Shown: positions 1 to 9,683 of the stretch, piece after piece | Layout: the number at the start of each line of letters is the position of its first letter | How positions within the stretch are numbered: position 1 is the first letter of the stretch | Source: an uncultured bacterium | GTDB lineage: Bacteria; Patescibacteriota; JABMPQ01; CAVVCK01 | DNA: 64,000 nt | Direction: 5' to 3' | Assembly: GCA_963746775.1 (NCBI GenBank) | Contig: CAVVCK010000001.1 | Span: 275,050 to 339,049, forward strand | The notes under the pieces: model-generated | What the model was told of the DNA's origin: nothing | Seen by the model: the letters and a program-made list of their open reading frames with translations, nothing else | The model's database searches: none | Position numbers and translations under genes: made by a program

Positions 1-2
1 AG

Positions 3-593
3 AGGAGGTTTTTTATTCTCCATAATCTTCACCTGCATATTAGAAGTATGCGCCCTCATTACTAATTTATTTTTCAGTTCTGGTTCTTTTTTATTTGAAG
101 GATCTTTGACATAAAAAGTATCATAACTATCCATAGCCGGATGATTTTCTGGAAAATTTAGAGACAAGAAATTGTAATGTAGATTAGTTAATTCATTTCC
201 TTCATGCACTTCAAAGCCCATTGATTTAAAAATATCTTCTACTTCCATTCTAATTTTGGTAATAGGATGTAAGTGTCCCTCTGGTGGCCTTATACCTGGT
301 ACAGTAACATCAAAAAACTCATTAGATTTAGTTTTTTCTTGAACAATCTCAACTTTCTTATTATTTAAAGCTTGAGTAACTTCTTGTTTAATTTTATTAG
401 CTAATTTCCCAATAATAGGTTTTTCTTCTTTGGGTAAACTACTCACACTTTTTACAATTTCATTAAGCTTGCCTTGTTTTCTACCTAAATATTTAATATC
501 GACTTTTTCCCAATCAGAAAAAGACTTTATGCCATTAATATCAGCTAAAGCATTATTTCTAATTTGTTCTAATTCTTCTTTTATATTTCCCAT
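3..593 (-). CDS. pheS: Phenylalanine--tRNA ligase alpha subunit, N-terminal part (runs off window start)
   Basis: Manual translation from ATG at 593: MGNIKEELEQIR...KYLGRKQGKL...DVTVPG...GHLHPITK...YNFLSLNFPENHPAMDSYDTFYV...RAHTSNMQV; these are PheS motifs. Absent from the ORF track because it is truncated. Confidence 0.93.
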   Translation of the reverse strand, partial: MGNIKEELEQIRNNALADINGIKSFSDWEKVDIKYLGRKQGKLNEIVKSVSSLPKEEKPIIGKLANKIKQEVTQALNNKKVEIVQEKTKSNEFFDVTVPGIRPPEGHLHPITKIRMEVEDIFKSMGFEVHEGNELTNLHYNFLSLNFPENHPAMDSYDTFYVKDPSNKKEPELKNKLVMRAHTSNMQVKIMENKKPP

Positions 594-656
594 TTTTTAT
601 TCTCTTACAAGCCCGTAGGGCTACTAAATTCTACATTATAAATTATACATTCTATC

Positions 657-1025
657 CTACCGGCTCATAAAATAAAATTCAAGTAAAGTTACCGATCCAA
701 CCAATAATACTCCATCCCACCAGGTAAGTAGCCTAAATGATTGTAATATTAACGAAATAGTCAAAATTAATGATAATAAAATTGCTTGTCTAAAAGATGG
801 TACTACGTGTGCAAATAAAACTTCATTTCTAGTAAACCAAACTCTTAAATAAAATCCAGCAATAGTCAGTGTTCCAATAACAGCAAAAAATAAGCTAACA
901 TAAAAAGATAAAAAGCCAATAAAACCAGTTTGCTCCGGATCAATATAAACTAAAATTAAAATCCAAGAAGCCCAGCAGAACAAGGTTGAGATGAACATGC
1001 CTATTAAATACGAGCGCAAGGTCAT
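657..1025 (-). CDS. Small integral membrane protein (about 4 TM helices), function unknown
   Basis: 122-aa ORF with four hydrophobic stretches, co-oriented with pheS. Confidence 0.8.
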   Translation of the reverse strand: MTLRSYLIGMFISTLFCWASWILILVYIDPEQTGFIGFLSFYVSLFFAVIGTLTIAGFYLRVWFTRNEVLFAHVVPSFRQAILLSLILTISLILQSFRLLTWWDGVLLVGSVTLLEFYFMSR

Positions 1026-1149
1026 ATAAAGTTTTATTTTAAAGTAATTATTTGTAAATTTCTAATACCTAATATCCAATTCCTAATAAAATAGTAAATG
1101 TCCAATTTATAAATTAATTATTAGACATTTTATTGGAAATTAGAAATTG

Positions 1150-1180
1150 TCGCCTCTAACAGCGACCTGCCGAAGAGGCA
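1150..1180. repeat. REP-like palindrome doublet (TCGCCTCTAACAGCGA-CCTGCCGAAGAGGCA) embedded in AATTAGAAATT-type short repeats
   Basis: Two adjacent hairpins; resembles the reverse complement of 12393-12426. Confidence 0.7.
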
Positions 1181-1253
1181 TGGGTAATTAGAAATTTTTA
1201 CAGCTTTGTCTTTTCTAGATAATACCTAATTTTTATCTTTTCGTAAACAATAA

Positions 1254-3890
1254 TTAGCTAACCACTTCAAAATGACTCCCCTCCTCATCCTTCGTAACTT
1301 CTATCCTCGACTGAAACATATCTTTTAAGCTCTGAATATGCGTAATAATTAGAATCTTTTTAAAATCATCCTTAATAGAATTAATAGCATCTATGATATA
1401 CTCCTGACCAATACTATCCTGAGTACCAAAACCTTCGTCAATTACTAAAAGCTGCAATTTAGCTCCAGATCGTTTGGCTAAAAGTTTTGATAGAGCAATG
1501 CGAATAGCAAAATTAATACGAAAAGCTTCCCCGCCCGAAAACATTTCATAATCTCTATTGCCCTGTTCATCGATTATCTGTATGTCTAATGTTTCCTGCA
1601 AGGCTCCATCTGTTTTCTTTTCTCTCTGCGTTAAAAATTTAACCTCCATACAACCATCAGTCATTTTGGATAATAATTTATTAGCTTCTTCTTCTATTTC
1701 GGGAATAGCTGATTCAATAATCATCGCCTGAATACCGGTTTTGCTAAAAGCTTGAGCTAATTCATTATAAATTGAACTCTCTGTACTCGCTTTTTTTAAT
1801 TTTTTCTTTCTATCTTTTAATTCCGTCTCTTGCGATTTTAGTCTGTCTAATTTTTCTTTAACAGCTCCGTATTCTGATTGGATGCTGGATATTTGCATTC
1901 TTAATTCTTGTAATTCCTTGTTTTCTTCAATTAATTTAGACATTATAGAATCCAAGTTTTTAACTTCAATTATTAATTTTTCTCGCTTTGTCCTACTTTC
2001 TTCCAATAGCTTTTTCTTCTTTTCTCTGTCATTTTTATTTTTCTCTAAATATTCCTTATTACCTTTTTCTTGCTCGAGCGCCAAAGTTAAATCATTGTGT
2101 AACTTATCGTAAATCATTAATTTGTTAATCTGTACTTCTATATTTTTATGTTTATTTTCATTATAGATTAGTTTTTTCAACTCATTTTCAACTCTATCTA
2201 ATTCTTTGACACTTTCTAAATCAAAATTTCCTTTCTCCATTTCCTGCACTAAATTTTTATTTTTCTCTTTTAAATTTTTTAAATCTTTTTCTTTTATCAC
2301 TAACTCCTCTAAAGATTTTTCTAAATTATAGAACTTTCTTTCTTCCTCTTTCTGCTTAATAAGTTTCTGTTCTAATTCTTTTATTTCATTTTGTAATTCT
2401 AAAATTTTATTATCATAAATTTTTTCTTTTTCATCTAATTTTTTATACTCCTCTCTTCTATTACTTATTTCCTTATCTAAATCTAATAAAACTTTTTCTT
2501 TATGCTCATCACCTAATTTTTGATTGCAAGTAGGACAAGTGCCTTTTAGTTTTTTGATTGTTTCTATTTTTTGTCTTAGTTCTAAACCCAGAGCTTGAAT
2601 TTGTGATTTCTGTGTTCGAAGTTCTGTTTTCTTTTCACTGCCCGACTGCACTCTTTTAATATTTTCCTCTTTCTTTCCTTCTAATTTTTTAAATTCTGCT
2701 AATTTATTTTGAGATTCTTTTAATTCTTTTTTTGTTTTATTTTTATTTTTTACATCTTCCTCATATTCTTTTATTTTTTCTAAAATATTAGCCTGCTCTA
2801 TTTCAATTTTCTTTTTGCTATCAGAAATTTTATTGTTTAATTGATTTTTTTGCGATTCTAGAGAAAATTGCTTTATGCGTACTTTAGTTAAACGATCATT
2901 TTCTAATTTTAATTCTTGCAGTTCCCTATACCCTCTTTTAATTTCATTTCCCTTAGAAATTATTTCTTTTATTTTTTGAAATTTTTGTTCTTTCTCTTCA
3001 AATTCATTTTTTAAATTTTCAATTTCACTTTCTAATTCATCAATTCTAAAAGTTAAATCTTGAGTTTCTTTTTTCTTTATTTCTAAATTATTTCTTTTTG
3101 AAGTTAAATCTTCTACCTCTTTTTCTTTGGCTTCAATCTCCACTTGTGCCTTATCTAAAATTATTTTTATTTTCTTCTCCTCTTCTTCAAAATTCTCCTT
3201 TGAATCTAATTCTTCTGATAAACTCTCCAGTAACTGCTCTGAGCTTTCTTTCTCTATATCACGGCTGCGGCGTAATTCTTTGGCTCGCTCTTGCAATTGG
3301 TCGTAATACGATAGCCCCAAGATATCTGCCAAAATTGCTTTGCGCTCAATTGGTTTCTTAATAGTAAATTCATCAGCGTGACCTTGTCGCAGAAAAGCAG
3401 AATTTACAAAAGTATCATAATCCATACGTAAAATTTCAATGACCCTGTCTTGCGTCTCCGCTTTAGAATGTTCTGATACAGATCGCCAATTATCATTATC
3501 TATCTCTAACAACTGATTTTCTCCTGATCCCGTTCCTTCCGCCTCATCGGCGGACTTCGTCGCGATCATAAAATCAAAACTGCCTGAAGTAGCAAACCCA
3601 CCTTTCTTCTTTTTCTTCTTAATTCTTTTTCTAATCACTCTGTATCTCGAGCCTTCTAATTCAAATTCAAAATCAACCCACATCTCCTCGGTCCCTAATT
3701 TAATTAGATCATCGTCAGATTTAGCTCTGGATTTACCCCATAGTGCCCAAGTAACTGATTCCAGCAAAGTAGATTTACCTACTCCATTATTGCCACTAAG
3801 ACAAGCCAAATCTAACCCTCTAAAATCAAGAGGTTCTACTTGCTCACCATAAGACATGAAGTTGTGAAGTTGTAATTTGATTGGTAGCAT
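1254..3890 (-). CDS. sbcC: SbcC/Rad50 SMC-family ATPase
   Basis: Walker A GNNGVGKS, Q-loop FLRQG, long coiled coil with CPTC zinc hook, signature FSGGE, Walker B LLVIDEG; adjacent to sbcD. Confidence 0.95.
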   Translation of the reverse strand: MLPIKLQLHNFMSYGEQVEPLDFRGLDLACLSGNNGVGKSTLLESVTWALWGKSRAKSDDDLIKLGTEEMWVDFEFELEGSRYRVIRKRIKKKKKKGGFATSGSFDFMIATKSADEAEGTGSGENQLLEIDNDNWRSVSEHSKAETQDRVIEILRMDYDTFVNSAFLRQGHADEFTIKKPIERKAILADILGLSYYDQLQERAKELRRSRDIEKESSEQLLESLSEELDSKENFEEEEKKIKIILDKAQVEIEAKEKEVEDLTSKRNNLEIKKKETQDLTFRIDELESEIENLKNEFEEKEQKFQKIKEIISKGNEIKRGYRELQELKLENDRLTKVRIKQFSLESQKNQLNNKISDSKKKIEIEQANILEKIKEYEEDVKNKNKTKKELKESQNKLAEFKKLEGKKEENIKRVQSGSEKKTELRTQKSQIQALGLELRQKIETIKKLKGTCPTCNQKLGDEHKEKVLLDLDKEISNRREEYKKLDEKEKIYDNKILELQNEIKELEQKLIKQKEEERKFYNLEKSLEELVIKEKDLKNLKEKNKNLVQEMEKGNFDLESVKELDRVENELKKLIYNENKHKNIEVQINKLMIYDKLHNDLTLALEQEKGNKEYLEKNKNDREKKKKLLEESRTKREKLIIEVKNLDSIMSKLIEENKELQELRMQISSIQSEYGAVKEKLDRLKSQETELKDRKKKLKKASTESSIYNELAQAFSKTGIQAMIIESAIPEIEEEANKLLSKMTDGCMEVKFLTQREKKTDGALQETLDIQIIDEQGNRDYEMFSGGEAFRINFAIRIALSKLLAKRSGAKLQLLVIDEGFGTQDSIGQEYIIDAINSIKDDFKKILIITHIQSLKDMFQSRIEVTKDEEGSHFEVVS

Positions 3891-3999
3891 AACAAAATTT
3901 ATTACTAGCGTAATTAGAAAGAAATTGGTAATAGAAACTAGAAAATTGTAATTCTAATTTCCAATTTCAATTTTCCAAACAGCTATTTTCAATTACAAA

Positions 4000-5256
4000 T
4001 TATTCTTCTTCCATCATTTTTTCAACATATTTCTTCAAAAGCTCAACACGTTGTCCATCAATCCCCTTAGCCTTCCCATATTCTCCCAAAGCATCTTTGA
4101 CTGACATCCCTTCTACATTTTCCAATAAATTTTCTCTCTCAGTTTTTTCTGTATCTTTAATTATTCCTGCTATAAAATTAGCCTCACTTAAAACTTGCCT
4201 TATCTCTCCATCATGAATGTTAGTTATCATATTCTCGGGTAATTTAATTTTCACTTTTACTACTACATCTTTTAAATCATATTTTTTTATTGCCTCTATA
4301 ATTTTCTTATTAGGCTCTAGATCACTTTCTTTTATATCAACCTTTATAGTTAAAAATCTTCGAGAAGGAGTCTCAATAAATTTATAATCAGTCTTCTGTG
4401 TATCCTCATCTATATTTATCTCTACAAATCCTTTTTCTTCCTTTTCCTCTCCAAAATCAACTCGCTCAATACTGCCAGAATAAATCACTGGCGGATTCTC
4501 TGATAGAACTTGGTGCCTATGCAAATGTCCCAGCGCTACATAATTAAAAGGCTTAGCTCCTATGATATTTAGAGGAAGTAGAATATCTGTTCCTATATAT
4601 GTCTTTTGCTCTCCTCCGAAAGTAGCCCCAGCTACCGTGCCATGAGCAATTAAAACTGCCGGATTATCATTAGAAGTTTTCTCTTTCAAATTATCTATAA
4701 AAGCAATTGTCTCTCTGGACATCATTTCGTATGCCTCGGTAATAGTTTTACCTTTATATTTTTCACCTTGTAAAAATTCACTCTTAGGAATCCAAGGTAG
4801 AGTGGCTATTTGAAATTTCTTTTTATTGCTTTGATTATCATCATTAAATTCCCATTTATTATTTTCACTTTTAATAAAATTCAAAACTTCCGGCTGACGA
4901 GATACATAAACATTTTCTACTCCTAATGTTTTATAGATCTCTAACGTATCAGCTTTCTTGAAAGCATTAGGTAAATCATGATTACCAATTACTAAAATTG
5001 TATTAATACCACTTGAGGCTACTTTCTTAATTCTCTTAGCAAATTCTCTTTGATAGGTAGGAGATGGATCACGAGTCTTAAAAGCATCGCCGGCAAATAA
5101 AAAGAAATCAACTTTCTGCTCTAAGGCATAATCAACACAAAAATCCAAGCACTTCAAAAAATCAGTCAGCCTGGAATGAAGACCGGTTTTCTTATCTACT
5201 CGGCCGTAATTTTCCATGCCGAGATGGATATCGGCTATGTGGATTAATTTTATCAT
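4000..5256 (-). CDS. sbcD: SbcD/Mre11 metallophosphoesterase nuclease
   Basis: DIHLG, AGD, GNHD, AHG and GHLH motifs, plus YSGSIERVDFGE. Confidence 0.95.
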   Translation of the reverse strand: MIKLIHIADIHLGMENYGRVDKKTGLHSRLTDFLKCLDFCVDYALEQKVDFFLFAGDAFKTRDPSPTYQREFAKRIKKVASSGINTILVIGNHDLPNAFKKADTLEIYKTLGVENVYVSRQPEVLNFIKSENNKWEFNDDNQSNKKKFQIATLPWIPKSEFLQGEKYKGKTITEAYEMMSRETIAFIDNLKEKTSNDNPAVLIAHGTVAGATFGGEQKTYIGTDILLPLNIIGAKPFNYVALGHLHRHQVLSENPPVIYSGSIERVDFGEEKEEKGFVEINIDEDTQKTDYKFIETPSRRFLTIKVDIKESDLEPNKKIIEAIKKYDLKDVVVKVKIKLPENMITNIHDGEIRQVLSEANFIAGIIKDTEKTERENLLENVEGMSVKDALGEYGKAKGIDGQRVELLKKYVEKMMEEE

Positions 5257-5389
5257 AAAATATTAATACTTTTATGTTATTTCGTTATCTTGTTATTTTG
5301 TTATTTTGATTATAAATTCTATCAAAAAGATTATTATACTACAAGAAAGTTACAAAAACTATAATAAGTTTTTTTATAATACTTAAAGC

Positions 5390-5417
5390 TTGCCTAATTA
5401 AAAAAGTTAGTTATAAT
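5390..5417 (+). promoter_or_regulatory. Sigma70-type promoter for the tRNA cluster
   Basis: TTGCCT-16 nt-TATAAT, 21 nt upstream of tRNA-fMet. Confidence 0.55.
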
Positions 5418-5438
5418 AAGTTACATACTTAATATTAA

Positions 5439-5510
5439 CGCGGGGTAGAGCAGTGGAAGCTCGTCAGGCTCATAACCTGAAGGTCGCCGGTTCGAATCCG
5501 GCCCCCGCAA
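5439..5510 (+). tRNA. tRNA-fMet (initiator, CAT)
   Basis: CGCGGGG/CCCCGCA acceptor with C1:A72 mismatch, anticodon loop CT-CAT-AA, T-loop TTCGAAT; CCA not encoded. Confidence 0.93.
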
Positions 5511-5598
5511 TGGATAAAATTCCAAACTGCAAGCACCAAACTCCAATTAAATTACAAATATTTTGGAATTTGTAATTTGTTTTTTGGAATTTTTTTGA

Positions 5599-5672
5599 GC
5601 CAGGGTAGCTCAGTTGGTTAGAGCACGAGAATCATAAACTTGAGGTCGTGGGTTCGAATCCCACCCCTGGTA
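5599..5672 (+). tRNA. tRNA with CAT anticodon (elongator Met, or Ile2)
   Basis: GCCAGGG/CCCTGGT acceptor, GCTC/GAGC D-stem, loop AT-CAT-AA, GTGGG-TTCGAAT-CCCAC T-arm; anticodon stem imperfect. Confidence 0.85.
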
Positions 5673-5702
5673 TAGAAGTTAAAATTAAAAACATTTTACA
5701 AT

Positions 5703-5766
5703 GGAGCCGTAGCTTAGCTGGTTTAAAGCGATCCGATGTTACATCGGATAGATCGTGAGTTCAATC
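5703..5766 (+). pseudogene. tRNA-Asp-derived element, copy 1: anticodon arm replaced by a palindrome, 3' acceptor strand missing
   Basis: First 28 nt identical to tRNA-Asp at 6102, then ATCCGATGT-T-ACATCGGAT, then AGATCGTGAGTTCAATC. Confidence 0.85.
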
Positions 5767-5769
5767 AAA

Positions 5770-6042
5770 ATGAAAATGAAAAATGGTTATGTTTATATTT
5801 TAAAACGCTCTAACGATACCTATTATATTGGCAGTACTAAAAATATTAAAGATAGAATAAATAGACACAAATCTGGTAGAGTTAAATCTACAAAAAATTT
5901 ATTACCTATAATACTAGTTTTTTATCAAGAGTTTGATACATTATTAAAAGCTAGAAGAATTGAATATAAATTAAAAAAATTAAAAAGTAGAAAAATTATA
6001 GAAAAAATTATTAAAGACAATATCATTACAATGGAGCCGTAG
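5770..6042 (+). CDS. Small GIY-YIG nuclease (YhbQ/UPF0213-like)
   Basis: YVYIL...YYIGST..I..R..RH...ARRIEYKLKK. Likely start ATG 5770 or 5776 rather than GTG 5755. Its stop codon lies inside the downstream tRNA-like copy. Confidence 0.9.
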   Translation: MKMKNGYVYILKRSNDTYYIGSTKNIKDRINRHKSGRVKSTKNLLPIILVFYQEFDTLLKARRIEYKLKKLKSRKIIEKIIKDNIITMEP

Positions 6043-6087
6043 TTTAATAGTTTAAAGCGGTCCGATGTCCATCGGACAGATTGTGAA
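6033..6087 (+). pseudogene. tRNA-Asp-derived element, copy 2 (more degenerate), anticodon arm replaced by a palindrome
   Basis: GGAGCCGTAGTTTAATAGTTTAAAGCG-GTCCGATG-TC-CATCGGAC-AGATTGTGAA. Confidence 0.8.
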
Positions 6088-6101
6088 TTAAATATTATAG
6101 T

Positions 6102-6176
6102 GGAGCCGTAGCTTAGCTGGTTTAAAGCGCCTGCCTGTCACGCAGGAGATCGTGGGTTCGAATCCCATCGGTTCCG
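6102..6176 (+). tRNA. tRNA-Asp (GTC)
   Basis: GGAGCCG/CGGTTCC acceptor, G73, anticodon arm CCTGC-CT-GTC-AC-GCAGG, canonical T-arm. Confidence 0.96.
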
Positions 6177-6188
6177 TATTTTTAGATT

Positions 6189-6210
6189 ACCCGTTAATAG
6201 CGGGTTTTTT
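6189..6210 (+). terminator. Rho-independent terminator after the tRNA cluster
   Basis: ACCCGT..GCGGGT hairpin followed by a T tract. Confidence 0.7.
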
Positions 6211-6353
6211 GTTTATATTTTTTTATACTGATAATCTTTGCTATAATGAATTTATATAAAATAGATTACATGAAATCCCAAACTTCATTCCAAACAAGAA
6301 TGTTTATATAAATTACTAATCTCTATTATTATAATATAAAAATAAACAACATC

Positions 6354-9300
6354 ATGAAAAAATTTAACAAAATCAAATTAGGAATTATTTTTGGGATTTT
6401 TTTATTAGTTTGTTCGTTTGGTTATTCTGCTAATGCTATGACAGATGAAGAAAAACAAGAATTAATAGAAGAAATTGGAGCAAGGTGCGAACAAGAACTC
6501 CGCGATGGTTGTCAGAAAGTTCTTGAGGACTTGCATATAGAAATTGAAGGTCCTATAGACTTTGAAGACCCCTATATCAGACATCTATGTTTTAACGCCA
6601 TAGATTCACAGGCCTGCTTTGATAAATATTGGATACCAAAACAAACCCCGGAAGAAACTTCAGACGAATGTGGAAACAGTACATGTGACGAGGGAGAAAG
6701 TTGTTCCAGTTGTCTTTCTGATTGCCCCTGTAGTTCAGAAAAAGTATGTCAAACAAGTGATAGTAATGCGGATACCAATGGTTGTATTGTATCAGCAATG
6801 GATTTAACAGTTTCCACCGATAAAAAAACTTACTCTCCCAAAGAGACAGTGATTATCCAAGGTAGCATATCGGATACAGAAGGTGGATTAGATAGTGCTG
6901 TTGTAGCTCTGGAAATAAGCAGCGACATACCATATTCAGCCACCGCTTCAGCCACTGCCGACTCAGCTGGTAATTATCGCCTCGAATTCCCCATTCCCCC
7001 AGACATCACCCAGGCTATATTTACGGTTTCGGCAACAGCGTCTTATTCCGGCTATCCTGATATAAGCAAAAGTACCAACTTCACAGTGGGAGAAATTGGC
7101 CTACAGCTGGAAAAGAATGCCGTAACCGGAAAACCATTTATTGGCACTGCCGCAGATGGAACCAGCTCTCTTGGTATTTCTATTTCTCTGCCGGAGTGTA
7201 ACGAGGGGTGTAGTAATGTAAAAATGAGTCAACCGAATATTGGTAAACTTGAAGGAGATGCTCTAGATACCATAAGCAATGTTAAACTAGATTCTACTGG
7301 AACAGCAGAGATTACCTATTATCCGCCAGATTATCTTACAAAAGATCAACTTACCCAAAATTTAGATATTCATCAATCAGGTTCTAAAGCCTGGGCGACT
7401 CAAGTTCCCTTAATTTTAACTTACACAAATGCCAGTGGACAAGAAGAAAAGATAGAATCTGAAATTCTTGTCTACCGTCCCCCGGTAATGCTGGTACATG
7501 GTTTTCTCGGCGCTACAACTACCTGGAACAAGATGTCCACCTATTTAAGAGGGGAGAAATTCGATACCTACCTGGGTAATTATGGCACTACTAATCAGTC
7601 TATTGAAGGATTATCCTTAATTTTAAAACAAGACATACAAAAACAAAAAAATGATTATGCTAATGCTGATATCAAGCTGACAAAAGTAGATGTAGTCGGA
7701 CATAGCATGGGAGGTTTAATTGCCCGTTATTATTCTCATGGTCTAGCTAATTACGAAGGTGATGTAAAAAAAATAATAATGGTTGGAACACCAAATCATG
7801 GCATTTCTTGGACCAAGAAAATAACCGGCAGTATCGGTGCCAGCTGGTACCAGACACACCAACTTCCGGCCGAGCAACTTTATTCCAAAAGTTCATTTAT
7901 AAAAACACTTAACAGCGGTGAGAAAAATGGCACTCATCTCAATCCTGATATACAATATGGTAATATATATGGGTTTCCCGATGACTGGATAGTCAACTCA
8001 GCCTCAGCTTATCTAAACGGTGTGGCCAGTGTAACTGAGTCTGATGTAAAACACTCTCCTGATATACCTTATGTTCCAAATGTAGCCATTACCGAGTATT
8101 CAAATACATGGGAGCAAGCAAAAAGCTGGCTAACCAGTGATATTTGGCGACCACAATTAAAAGATTCCCATATAGAAGTCTATAAATACCAGGGAGATGT
8201 CTACTTAGACAATACTAAGTTAACATCTTCTCCTACAAAATTTGATTCCTGGCAGAGCTTGCGAACTGGCCCAAACTCAAAGGCGACTATCCATCTAACA
8301 ATAGATAATCTTCCTTGGGGAGTTATATTTTTAGATCCGAATAGTGAAATTTTTCTGGGTTACCTCTCTCCCCAACTGGTGGAAGTTCGTCTCTGGCAAG
8401 GAAACGCTACCTTCAGGAGCAAGCAGGACGGTCACTTCACCGTACCCGTAAATATTAAGAAGTCTGAAAATGGTGAATGGTGGAAGTACAGCCCCCAGGC
8501 CGTAGTCACCGGACGAAATACAGAATTTACTGTTACCGCCGGAGAAAATATAGCAGTTCATTCCCTGGAAGGCGAGCTTGTTGTGGATACTCCTAATGCT
8601 ACTAAAGAAGGAACCATCCTAGCCGCTAACAAATCTGTAGCCATTAATGGGGAAGAAGTAGTCGCCATCAACCCTGTCTCAAAAGACGATTTCTGGTGGT
8701 CAACTGAAAATGACGACTTTTTAAATTCTACATCAACGGACAGCTGGCTTGATGAATTAATAAATATTGGCCAAGGTATAAAAACCAACCTGACAGCATC
8801 CATTACTTTCATTATCGCTATTATTTCATTGCTATTCTTTACCTTCTTCGCTGTTCTCGAATTTGCCCGGAAAAAAATTGGGATAGGAATATTAATGCTT
8901 GCCTTAGGACTTATTTCATTTTGTATATTTGCTGGATTAACTTGGTTTTTCGCTTCAGCTGATGTTAGTCCAGAAGAAACAAATTCAAACCATGGTGAAA
9001 CAAATAATGAGGAGACGGCAATTAATGAAAATAATAATTTAAATACTGACTCAGCCTCAACTAATACCAACACATCAGCCAAAACAGATTCCAACCCTAC
9101 TGAATCTACCAACACTAATACGACAACCACTACAGATACCACTCCAGTTGAAAAATCATCAACCGTAACAGTAGCTGACTATGGCTTTACTTTGGAAGTT
9201 GGCGAAGATCATGCCGGCAAAATTAGGCCATTATCCATTAGTCCAGGTAGTTTTGCAGAAGCATCTTATATTTTTTGCTATGATACTAAAGAAGAAAATG

Positions 9301-9537
9301 AGGAGGTAATTTATTGTGATCCAGGCGAAGCTCCAGTTTTTTCTGTTGATATTATGACTCAAGCTCAATGGGAAGAAACAGCTAATAGCTCGTTCGGGAG
9401 AAGCGTATTTATCCATGGCGGAAAGAAATGGTTTGTATTATATATTTTCACATCCAAGTGATATATTACCTAGTGATGTACCAGCCACTCAAGATTTTTA
9501 TGATCAGGTTATGGGTAGTATTAAATTTTCTGATTAA
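6354..9537 (+). CDS. Large secreted/membrane multidomain protein: Cys-rich repeat, Ig-like domain, alpha/beta-hydrolase (lipase/PGAP1-like), FecR-like region, 2 TM helices, Thr/Asn linker; probable +1 frameshift near 9396
   Basis: Signal peptide; CGNSTCDEGESCSSCLSDC; PVMLVHG, GHSMGG nucleophile elbow, GTPNHG. The ORF stops at 9461, but the +1 frame continues GEAYLSMAERNGLYYIFSHP...FYDQVMGSIKFSD* to 9537. Confidence 0.8.
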
Positions 9538-9630
9538 AATTTTCCGGGATTTAAATCACCATATATTCCCCCAATTAAAAGTTCTAAAATCATTGCATAG
9601 ACCTCGTAGATAAATAAATTATTTCAATAC

Positions 9631-9654
9631 AAAAAGACCTAAATAGGTCTTTTT
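9631..9654. terminator. Bidirectional terminator
   Basis: AAAAAGACCT-AAAT-AGGTCTTTTT between convergent genes. Confidence 0.8.
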
Positions 9655-9683
9655 GTTTACTAAAAATAGTTAAACCAACATTT

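Noticed and set aside
430-618. Short antisense or alternative-frame ORFs (this one, 1882-2112, 8558-9142, 19852-20262, 44861-45331 and similar)
   Set aside because: They are shadows of well-supported genes on the opposite strand or frame, with no motifs.
5703-5766. Ochre (UUA anticodon) suppressor tRNA or Asn tRNA
   Set aside because: The loop can be drawn as TGTTACA, but U33 is missing, the arm is a near-perfect palindrome, and the 3' acceptor strand is absent, so it cannot be aminoacylated as encoded.
9428-9613. Separate 61-aa gene
   Set aside because: The third frame (ending 9537) gives the plausible continuation of the upstream protein; this ORF has no support.
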